Shown here: positions 57,354 to 64,000 of the stretch, one piece after another
How the letters are laid out: every line of letters begins with the position of its first letter
Position numbering within the stretch: the stretch's first letter is position 1
Origin: Candidatus Binatia bacterium
Lineage (GTDB): Bacteria; Methylomirabilota; Methylomirabilia; Rokubacteriales; CSP1-6
Direction: 5' to 3'
DNA length: 64,000 bases
NCBI GenBank assembly: GCA_035635995.1
Contig: DASPZZ010000273.1
Location: forward strand, 1,190-65,189
Position numbers and translations under genes: made by a program
Notes under the pieces: model-generated
The model's input: only the letters and a program-made list of their open reading frames with translations
The model's database searches: none
Told to the model about the DNA's origin: nothing

Positions 57354-58925
57354 ATGATTTTCGGAATGGTCGAGTTCGGCCGGCTCGCGGACCTCTGCCG
57401 GCGGCTGCGTACGAGCCCGGGGCGGCTCGACAAGCTTGGCCTCCTGGCCGACTATCTCCGGGCGCTCCCGCCCGAGGCGATCGGTACCGCCGTCGCGTTC
57501 CTCACGGGGCGGGCCTTCCCCCCGTCCGACCCGCGGGCACTGGGCGTCCGCGGGCTGCCGGCGATCGCGGACACAGCCACGGGGCCTCCCCTCACGCTGG
57601 GCGACGTCGCGGCGGCGTTCGCGGCCGTCGCCGAGGCCGGCGGCGCCGGCGCCCGCCGGACCCGCGAGGACCTGCTGCGGGGGCTCGCGGCGCGGGCGTC
57701 GGAGGACGAGTACCAGACGCTCCAGCGGATCATCGCCGGCGAGATGCGCACGGGAGTGTCGGACGGGCTCGTGCTCGAGGCGATCGCCCGCGCCTTCGCG
57801 GCCCCGCTCGAGACGGCGCGTCGCGCGGCGCTGCGGCTCGGCGACCTGTCCGAGGTGGCGGCGCTGGCGGCGCGCGGTGGTGCCGCGGCGCTCGCGGCCG
57901 CGAGCGTGCGCCCGGGCGTTCCGCTCCTGCCCATGCTCGCGCAGATCGCCGACGATTTCGACGAGGTGCTGGTGGCCCACGGCGGGACCACGGCGCTCGA
58001 GTACAAGTACGATGGCGCCCGCATCCAGCTCCACCGGGACGATGACCGGATCTGGATCTTTACCCGCCGTCTCTCCGACGTCACCGCGAGCCTGCCCGAC
58101 GTCGTCGACACGGCCCGGCGCGAGCTCGGCGGGGTCCCGTTCATTCTCGACGGCGAGGTGCTGGCGCTCGACACCGCGGGGCGACCGCTGCCCTTCCAGG
58201 AACTCATGCGACGGTTCCGCCGCGTCCACGAGGTGGATCGCCTCGTCCACGAGATGCCGCTCACGCTGCACTTCTTCGACTGCCTCATGGCCGACGGGCG
58301 CTCGCTCATCGACGAGCCCTACGCGCGTCGCTGGGAGGCGCTGGCCGCCGTCACGGGAGGGCGCCACCTGGCCGAGCGCGCGCTCGTGACCTCGCCGGCG
58401 GCGGCCCGCGAGTTCCAGGCCCGAGCGCTCGCCGCCGGGCACGAGGGCGTGGTGGCGAAGGACCTTCGCAGCGTGTACGAGCCGGGAGGCCGCGGCAAGC
58501 GCTGGTTCAAGCTCAAGGCGGCGGAGACCGTGGATTGCGTCATCGTCGCCGTCGACCGGGGCTCGGGCCGCCGGAGCGCGTGGCTCTCGAACTACCATCT
58601 GGCGGTGCGCGACGGGGACGCGTTTGCGGACGTCGGCAAGACGTTCAAAGGGTTCACCGACCGGCAGTTCGTCGAGATGACCGACCGGCTCTGGGCGCTC
58701 GCCGTGAGCGACGACGGCTACACCGTGCGGGTGCGGCCGCAGGTCGTCGTCGAGGTCGCCTACAACGAGATCCAGAAGAGCCCGACCTATCGCTCCGGCA
58801 TGGCGCTCCGGTTCGCGCGCATCACGCGGATCCGCGACGACAAGGGGCTGGACCAGGCCACGACGCTCGGCGAGCTGCGCGCGCTCTACGAGCGGCAATT
58901 CGCGACCAAGGGCCGGTCGGTGTAA
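57354..58925 (+). CDS. ATP-dependent DNA ligase (Lig1/LigB-type, three-domain)
   Basis: Internal Met of track ORF 57198..58925. Adenylation motif I EYKYDGARIQ, ...FILDGEVL..., EGVVAKD, WFKLK, and an OB domain following. Confidence 0.9.
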   Translation: MIFGMVEFGRLADLCRRLRTSPGRLDKLGLLADYLRALPPEAIGTAVAFLTGRAFPPSDPRALGVRGLPAIADTATGPPLTLGDVAAAFAAVAEAGGAGARRTREDLLRGLAARASEDEYQTLQRIIAGEMRTGVSDGLVLEAIARAFAAPLETARRAALRLGDLSEVAALAARGGAAALAAASVRPGVPLLPMLAQIADDFDEVLVAHGGTTALEYKYDGARIQLHRDDDRIWIFTRRLSDVTASLPDVVDTARRELGGVPFILDGEVLALDTAGRPLPFQELMRRFRRVHEVDRLVHEMPLTLHFFDCLMADGRSLIDEPYARRWEALAAVTGGRHLAERALVTSPAAAREFQARALAAGHEGVVAKDLRSVYEPGGRGKRWFKLKAAETVDCVIVAVDRGSGRRSAWLSNYHLAVRDGDAFADVGKTFKGFTDRQFVEMTDRLWALAVSDDGYTVRVRPQVVVEVAYNEIQKSPTYRSGMALRFARITRIRDDKGLDQATTLGELRALYERQFATKGRSV

Positions 58926-58936
58926 AATCGCGCGCT

Positions 58937-59824
58937 GTGACTTCACGCGTCTCGACCGGCCTCGCAAAGCTCGACGCGATGCTGGGCGGCGGCCTGCTGC
59001 CCGGCACGCTCACCGTCGTCTACGGCGCCACCGGAATCGGCAAGACGCACCTCGGGCTCACGTTCGCCGATCACGGGCGGATCGCCGACGGCGCGCGTGG
59101 CGTCGTCCTGGACCTGAACGGGCGCGGCGACTCGCAGCAGCACGACGAGTACGCCGCGCGGCTCTTCGACTGGTCGCTCCGGCCGTGGACGCACACCGTG
59201 ACGCCGATGGCCGATCCGTACCCGCCGCCGGAGCAGATGCAGGCCTTCTACTCCAACACCTGCCAGTGGGTGGGGCGGGTCCGCGACTTCCAGGTGCCGA
59301 CCCGGGACGGCGGCTGGGAGTTCGACTGGGGCTGGAAGGCCGCCTACAATCACGCGCTCTACACGGTCCGTCCGTTCCTCTACTTCCACTGCGCGGCGGG
59401 TGCGCGGCGCGTCGTGGTCGACGGGGTCGAGCCGATGGATTCGCCCGCCGACTCGATCCAGTTCTTCGTGTTCGACGAGCTCTACCGCAAGATCATCCAC
59501 CGTGACGCCGAGACGCTCGGCATGGAGATCTGCCTGCCCGTCTGGAAGCACCGCGCGTTCATCGACGCCCATCTCTACGACCACACCGCGATCACGACGC
59601 TGCTGCTGGTGACGACGGAAGAGACGCGCCTGGAGGACCTGGTGGCGCGCAAGGTCGCCACCGGCGACATCGGCGCCACCGCGAACACCATCCTGGTGCT
59701 GGGCAGCGAGCGCGTCGGAAACCGACTGGCGCGCATGCTCTGCGTCGTCAAGCACCGCGGCAGCGCGATGAGCGACGAGATCGTCGAATACCGGATCGGA
59801 GCTCGAGGCATCGAGCTCGGCTAG
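58937..59824 (+). CDS. RecA-superfamily ATPase, KaiC/RadA-like single domain
   Basis: GTG inside track ORF 58535..59824, 11 nt after the ligase stop. STGLAKLDAMLGGGLLPGTLTVVYGATGIGKTHLGLTF (Walker A), RRVVVDGVEP (Walker B-like), ...CVVKHRGSAMSDEIVEYRIGARGIEL. A Trp-rich insertion lies between the two Walker motifs. Confidence 0.7.
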   Translation: MTSRVSTGLAKLDAMLGGGLLPGTLTVVYGATGIGKTHLGLTFADHGRIADGARGVVLDLNGRGDSQQHDEYAARLFDWSLRPWTHTVTPMADPYPPPEQMQAFYSNTCQWVGRVRDFQVPTRDGGWEFDWGWKAAYNHALYTVRPFLYFHCAAGARRVVVDGVEPMDSPADSIQFFVFDELYRKIIHRDAETLGMEICLPVWKHRAFIDAHLYDHTAITTLLLVTTEETRLEDLVARKVATGDIGATANTILVLGSERVGNRLARMLCVVKHRGSAMSDEIVEYRIGARGIELG

Positions 59825-59985
59825 CCCGGATAATTCATGAACGATCGACGCGATCGGCGGGCGGGTGGCGCCGGGTGCGGCCCCGGCCGGCGGGGCTCCA
59901 TCACCCGTTCCGCCCCGCCGGCCGGGGCCACACCCGACGCCACCCGCCCGTTCGTCGTGGTGTCGTTCATGAATAATCCGGGCTA
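59822..59985. repeat. 164-nt near-perfect palindromic element (MITE/REP-like or giant hairpin)
   Basis: Read directly. Outer stem 59822-59844 / 59963-59985 (23 bp, 1 mismatch). Asymmetric 13/12-nt internal loop. Inner stem 59858-59896 / 59912-59950 (39 bp, two C-A mismatches). 15-nt apical loop. Both ends lie within CTAG. The left end contains the stop codon of the upstream gene. Confidence 0.85.
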
Positions 59986-60017
59986 GGTCAGCTCCTACTT
60001 GTTTTCGAGCCGTTGAA

Positions 60018-61502
60018 GTGTCGCCTCACGGCGCGGCGCCGTTCAGCTCCTACTTCTATCTCGACCATCTGACGCCGCCGGCGCGGGCGTTGCTGCGCGC
60101 CGTGCAATCGGCCGCCGGCCGCGCGCGGGCGACGGCCCTCGTGGGTGGCGCCGTCCGCGACACCCGGCTGCCCGGGACGCGTCCGGCGGGGCCCGCCGAT
60201 CTGGACGTCGCCGTGGCGTCGGGCGCGCTCGACATCGCGCGCCGCGTGGCCGCGCGTCTCGACGGCGCGTTCGTGCCGCTCGACCCGGAGCGCGGGGCGG
60301 CGCGGGTGCTCGCGCGGGGGATGTGTCTCGACCTGACGGACTGGCGGGCGGGGACACTCGAGGCCGATCTGGCGGCGCGAGACTTCACCGTGAACGCCCT
60401 GGCGGTGCCGGTGCGCGAGCTCCTCAGTCGCGGACGCGCCCGCATCATCGACCCGACCGGCGGGCTCACCGATCTCCGGGCGCGGCGTCTTCGCGTCCAC
60501 GACCCGCGCGTGCTGGCCGAGGATCCACTCCGAACGCTCCGTGGCGCTCGGCTCGAGGCCGCCCTCGGGCTCCGGCTGACCCCGAGCACGGTGAAAGCCA
60601 TCCGCGCCGCCGCCCCCGGACTGGCCGGCGTCGCCGCCGAGCGGGTCCGCGACGAGCTGCTCGCGATGCTCGCGCTGCCGCGTACCGCCCGCGTGCTCCG
60701 GCGTCTCGACGCGCTCGGTCTGCTCGGCGTGATCGTGCCGGAAGTCGAGGCGATGCGCGCGACGGCGCAGCCGGCGCCCCACCGGTTTCCGGTGCTCGAG
60801 CACTCGCTCCGGGCGGTCGCCGGGGCCGATACGCTTCTCGAGGACCTTCGCGCGCTCCGGCCGTTCGGCGAGGAGCTCGCCGCCCATATGGACGAGGAGC
60901 TCGGCGGCGGCGTGCGACGCGGACAGGTCCTCAAGCTGGCGGCGCTCCTTCACGACGTCTCGAAGCCCGAGACGCGCCGACTGATCGACGGCCGCGTCCG
61001 CTTCTTCGAGCACGATGTGATCGGCGCCGCGCGCGCGCGCGGCATCGGCGAGCGGCTCCGGCTCCCGGCGCGGGCCCGCGGCATTCTCGAGCGGCTCGTT
61101 CGCCATCACCTGCGTCTCATGCACCTGGCCGCCGCCGGCCGGGTGACGCCGCGAGCCCGCTACCGCTTCTTCCGGGATCTTCGCGAGGACACGCGCGACC
61201 TGCTCCTGCTGACGCTCGTGGACGCCGCCGCCGTGGCGGGAGAGTCGCCCCACGCGGTCTGGCGCCGCGCATCGCTCGTCCGGGACCTCCTGCGGGGATG
61301 GGAAGAAACACAGCAAGGCGGCGCCGGCGCGGCACCGCTCGTCAGGGGTGAGGACGTCATGGAGCACTTCGGCATCCAGCCCGGCCCCGCCGTCGGCCGG
61401 CTGCTCGCGCGCGCGCGCGAGGCCCAGGGTCTCGGGCGCGTGACCACGCGCGAGGAGGCGCTGGCGTACCTTGACTCGCTCCCGGGCCGGACCCTAGAGT
61501 AG
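60018..61502 (+). CDS. CCA-adding enzyme / poly(A) polymerase family protein with HD domain
   Basis: Track ORF of 494 aa (GTG start). GGAVRD, DLDVAV, RDFTVNAL, EDPLRTLRGAR, and the HD region ALLHDVSKP. Confidence 0.85.
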   Translation: MSPHGAAPFSSYFYLDHLTPPARALLRAVQSAAGRARATALVGGAVRDTRLPGTRPAGPADLDVAVASGALDIARRVAARLDGAFVPLDPERGAARVLARGMCLDLTDWRAGTLEADLAARDFTVNALAVPVRELLSRGRARIIDPTGGLTDLRARRLRVHDPRVLAEDPLRTLRGARLEAALGLRLTPSTVKAIRAAAPGLAGVAAERVRDELLAMLALPRTARVLRRLDALGLLGVIVPEVEAMRATAQPAPHRFPVLEHSLRAVAGADTLLEDLRALRPFGEELAAHMDEELGGGVRRGQVLKLAALLHDVSKPETRRLIDGRVRFFEHDVIGAARARGIGERLRLPARARGILERLVRHHLRLMHLAAAGRVTPRARYRFFRDLREDTRDLLLLTLVDAAAVAGESPHAVWRRASLVRDLLRGWEETQQGGAGAAPLVRGEDVMEHFGIQPGPAVGRLLARAREAQGLGRVTTREEALAYLDSLPGRTLE

Positions 61503-61545
61503 CGGAACCCCGAGAAATCGAACCCCTCGGTCGAGGAGGCTCTAT

Positions 61546-63096
61546 ATGGTCGCGTGGCGAATCGCGGTGGCCGCCGTCGTCCTTCTGGTGCCGGTGGCGG
61601 CGAGTGCCGCGCCGGCCGGCAAGGTCGTTCTCGCCCAGGGCGTCGACCCGACGACGCTCGACATGGCGAACCAGTCCGAGAGCCCGGCGTCGAACGTCGG
61701 GCGCCACATCTTCGACACGCTCTACGAGCGTGATCAGAATCTGAAAATCGTTCCCAACCTCGCCACCGAGATGCCGAAGTTCGTCCCTCCATCGGCATGG
61801 GAGGTCAAGCTGCGCAAGGGCGTGAAGTTCCACAACGGCGAGGACTTCAATGCCGACTCGGCGAAGTTCACGCTCGAGCGCCTGGGCCAGGGGCAGGGCA
61901 AGCTCCGCGGCGCGACCTTCTTCGCGCCGATCGACCGGGTGGAGATCGTCGACGCGTACACGATCCGGGTCCACACCAAGAAGCCCTGGCCGACCTTCAT
62001 CTCCGTGATGACCTTCGTCCAGAGCGGCATGCTGCCGCCCAGGGAGTCGGCCGGCAAAGAGACCGCCGATCTCTCGAAGAAGCCGATCGGCACCGGCCCC
62101 TACAAGCTCGTCCGCTGGTCGAAGGACGAAGAGATCCTCCTCGAGGCGAACGACGCCTACTGGCGCGGCGCCCCGCAGATCAAGACGGTGGTGTTCCGCC
62201 CGATCCCGGACGACGCGGTGCGCGTCGCGGCGCTGCAGAACGGGGAGATCGACCTGGCCGTCAACATCCCGCCGCATCTCGGCGCGATCATCGAAAAGCA
62301 CCCGAAGCTGTTCCTGTCGACGGCGCCGTCGATCCGCACGATCCAGCTCATGTTCTACTCGCACCAGATGGACGCTCAGCACAAGCCGACCGGGCCCTAC
62401 AACGGGCCCACCGCCGACAAGCGCGTGCGCCAGGCCATCGCCTACGCGATCGACGCCGACGAGCTCATCAAGACCGTGCTCGACGGCAAGGGCGTGCGCG
62501 TCGCCACCATGCTGCCGTCGATGCACTTCGGCTACGACCCGAAGCTCCAGCCCATCAAGGCGGACGTCGGCAAGGCCAAGAAGCTCTTGGCCGACGCCGG
62601 CTTCGGCGGCGGCGTCGAGATCACGCTGCACGGCCCACGCGGCCGCTACGTGCGCGACGCCGAGGTGGCCGAGGCGGTCACCGGCCAGCTCAGCAAGGCC
62701 GGCATCAAGACCACGCTCCGCACGTACGACTTCGTGACCTATCTGAACAACATGGTCTACGTCCACAAGGCGGGGCCGGTCTGGCTGATCGGCTGGGGGA
62801 CCGGAACGATGGACGCCGAGACCGTGTACGTCCCGCTCTTCAAGTCCCCCGGCATCTTCGTGAACTGGCACAACGAGGACTTCAACCGCATGGTCGACGA
62901 GGCGCAGGCGATCATGGACGAGAAGAAGCGCCTCGAGCAGTATCACCGGATCAACAAGCTCTGGGTCGACGAGATGCCGGCGGTGCCGCTCTACCAGCAG
63001 ATCGACCTCTACGGCGTGAACAAGCGCCTCAACTGGAAGGCGCGGAGCGACGAGGTGCTGCAGGCCTACGCCATGTCGCTCAAGGACGGGAAATAG
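61546..63096 (+). CDS. ABC transporter substrate-binding protein, family 5 (peptide/nickel type)
   Basis: Track ORF of 516 aa. Signal peptide MVAWRIAVAAVVLLVPVAASA. Pattern VKFHNGEDFNADSAKFTLER, GTGPYKLVRW. Confidence 0.9.
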   Translation: MVAWRIAVAAVVLLVPVAASAAPAGKVVLAQGVDPTTLDMANQSESPASNVGRHIFDTLYERDQNLKIVPNLATEMPKFVPPSAWEVKLRKGVKFHNGEDFNADSAKFTLERLGQGQGKLRGATFFAPIDRVEIVDAYTIRVHTKKPWPTFISVMTFVQSGMLPPRESAGKETADLSKKPIGTGPYKLVRWSKDEEILLEANDAYWRGAPQIKTVVFRPIPDDAVRVAALQNGEIDLAVNIPPHLGAIIEKHPKLFLSTAPSIRTIQLMFYSHQMDAQHKPTGPYNGPTADKRVRQAIAYAIDADELIKTVLDGKGVRVATMLPSMHFGYDPKLQPIKADVGKAKKLLADAGFGGGVEITLHGPRGRYVRDAEVAEAVTGQLSKAGIKTTLRTYDFVTYLNNMVYVHKAGPVWLIGWGTGTMDAETVYVPLFKSPGIFVNWHNEDFNRMVDEAQAIMDEKKRLEQYHRINKLWVDEMPAVPLYQQIDLYGVNKRLNWKARSDEVLQAYAMSLKDGK

Positions 63097-63131
63097 TCCC
63101 GCCCGGATCGTTGTAAGATAGGGGGCGCCGG

Positions 63132-63206
63132 GCGGCCGTAATTCAGTGGCAGAATGCCAGCTTCCCAAGCTGGACGTCGCCGGTTCGAATCCGGTCGGCC
63201 GCTCCA
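63132..63206 (+). tRNA. tRNA-Gly (anticodon CCC), CCA encoded
   Basis: Folded by hand. Acceptor GCGGCCG/CGGCCGC. D arm ATTC-AGTGGCA-GAAT. Anticodon arm CCAGC-TTCCCAA-GCTGG (CCC at 63164-63166). Variable loop ACGTC. T arm GCCGG-TTCGAAT-CCGGT. Discriminator T followed by CCA. Confidence 0.9.
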
Positions 63207-63210
63207 ATTC

Positions 63211-63238
63211 AAGGGGTTACGGGTCACCGTAACCCCTT
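63211..63238 (+). terminator. 12-bp perfect hairpin after the tRNA (AAGGGGTTACGG-gtca-CCGTAACCCCTT)
   Basis: Read directly. Followed by CT rather than a long U-tract. Confidence 0.55.
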
Positions 63239-63240
63239 CT

Positions 63241-63295
63241 GAATTCCAGCCTGGAAGCTGGACGTCGCGAGTATTGAATCCGGTCGGCCGCTCCA
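63241..63295 (+). other. degenerate duplicate of the 3-prime two-thirds of tRNA-Gly (att-like scar, non-functional)
   Basis: Aligned by eye to 63152-63206. GCTGGACGTCGC and GAATCCGGTCGGCCGCTCCA are identical, the anticodon loop is shortened to 6 nt (CTGGAA), and the T stem is broken (GCGAG/CCGGT). Confidence 0.75.
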
Positions 63296-63698
63296 AGAAG
63301 CCGAGTGGTTACGGAGAGCCGCAAATCCCGTGGTCATTCTCCAGTGTCCGTCGAGTGACCGAACGACCCTCTTTCGTGCTCGGGATTAGGGCGCCAATGA
63401 GAATCGACCTGGATACAAGGAGATTCGGAAACTCCTTCGCGGCACAGTGGCAGTTCAACCAGGCCGCAGGAGGCGAAATCCTCAACCGCGAAATGGTCTA
63501 GTTTTCTGGGGCAGGTCCGGGCCCCGCCTAACCGACCAACCTCTCAATCCGTCTGGACCAGACTTCGGGGAGCAGGTCGGAGCGTCGCGCGTGACGCTGC
63601 ACTAATACGTGCGACGGTCGGCGTGAGCCTGAGCGGCCTGAATAAGTGGAACGCACAGGCGGGCGGGCCTGCGCGCGGCGTGCGACCGTGCGGCGCTG

Positions 63699-64000
63699 CT
63701 ACCGCTCGTCGGGGTCCAGCCCCACGCGCCGCAAAATGGCCGGGTTCTCCAGGGCAACCGCCACGCGTAGCGCGCGGAGGCCCTGCACCCCCTGGAGCTC
63801 GCCCAGGTCCAGCTCTTCCACCTCGCTGGTCAGGTAGCCCAGGCTTTGCAGGTACTCGATGTACCCGCGGTACTCGCGGCCCTCGGGGCTCTGGCTGTAG
63901 ATGATTGCGATCTTGCCGGGCTGGGTTACGCGGTCCGAAGTGCCTTCAACCACGGCTTTGTCGATGCCCTTCTTGACGATCTCGTAGCGGATGTCGTACG
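63699..64000 (-). CDS. C-terminal part of a hypothetical protein (runs off window end)
   Basis: Track ORF 63699..63953(-) stays open in frame up to 64000: ...YDIRYEIVKKGIDKAVVEGTSDRVTQPGKIAIIYSQSPEGREYRGYIEYLQSLGYLTSEVEELDLGELQGVQGLRALRV... Protein-like composition. Family not recognised with confidence. Confidence 0.5.
   Translation of the reverse strand, partial: YDIRYEIVKKGIDKAVVEGTSDRVTQPGKIAIIYSQSPEGREYRGYIEYLQSLGYLTSEVEELDLGELQGVQGLRALRVAVALENPAILRRVGLDPDER

Noticed and set aside
57350-57355. Perfect TATAAT directly overlapping the ligase ATG, as a promoter for a leaderless transcript.
   Set aside because: There is no -35 or extended -10. The -10 overlaps the first ATG, and the second in-frame Met lies 10 nt downstream, which is a poor leaderless geometry. 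I cannot support it from sequence alone.
61357-63296. Minus-strand track ORFs beginning MERPTGF... (61357..63207 and 63066..63296).
   Set aside because: The MERPTGFEP.. start is the well-known antisense translation of a tRNA T-arm and acceptor end. The long one is also antisense to the well-supported ABC binding-protein gene.

Overview
This is a high-G+C bacterial chromosomal window. The taxon cannot be determined from the sequence alone. No database search was possible, so every call rests on family motifs I recognise in the translations, on RBS and start/stop context, and on direct reading of the DNA. Most long track ORFs are antisense or out-of-frame artefacts of the G+C bias. I accept about 55 protein genes, 1 tRNA, 5-6 gene remnants and several non-coding elements. 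Layout: (1) 1-2.6 kb: hydantoin-utilisation operon (N-carbamoyl-D-amino-acid hydrolase, D-hydantoinase, MmgE/PrpD). (2) 3.2-15.4 kb: cation-homeostasis cluster. kdpE-kdpD (minus strand) are divergent from a micro-ORF, kdpF, kdpA, kdpB and kdpC, followed by mgtE and a KimA-type K+ importer. Three copies of a 49-bp array of four helically phased TTGACG-like hexamers sit in front of these units. (3) 15.6-26.6 kb: a SARP/BTAD-AAA-TPR regulator is divergent from a 66-aa ORF and a 2,495-aa signal-peptide-bearing, teneurin-like RHS/YD-shell protein. The 86-aa C-terminal cargo of that protein is an unrecognised triple 14-aa repeat, and no immunity gene follows it. (4) 26.6-37.1 kb: mosaic stretch with marked gene decay (transposase scraps, HigA-like antitoxin with a dead toxin, VapB with frameshifted VapC, amidase with an internal deletion). 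Intact enzymes are interleaved: DinB, MalY/PatB lyase, ketopantoate-reductase family, Zn-ADH, MBL hydrolase, methyltransferase, a non-canonical NRAMP, DUF420 and PhzF. (5) FIST protein and a methyltransferase. (6) 39.7-47.0 kb: ArsR regulator plus a six-gene Ehr-type membrane complex (hydrogenase-related, Ni-Fe ligands lost). (7) GT4, RRM RNA-binding protein, DedA, histidine kinase with sigma-54 response regulator, GlgM-like GT4, HAD phosphatase. (8) TatA/B fused to a small Zn-binding-like domain, lexA with a perfect 16-bp palindrome on its promoter, GAF/HD-GYP protein, ATP-dependent DNA ligase plus a KaiC/RecA-like ATPase. (9) A 164-nt near-perfect palindromic element, with a truncated relative at 27.8 kb. 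(10) CCA-adding-enzyme family protein, peptide-type ABC binding protein, then tRNA-Gly(CCC) followed by a degenerate duplicate of its 3-prime half and a lower-G+C tail. The items most worth follow-up are the teneurin-like toxin locus with its regulator, the Ehr operon, the phased-hexamer K+ regulon signal, and the palindromic repeat family.
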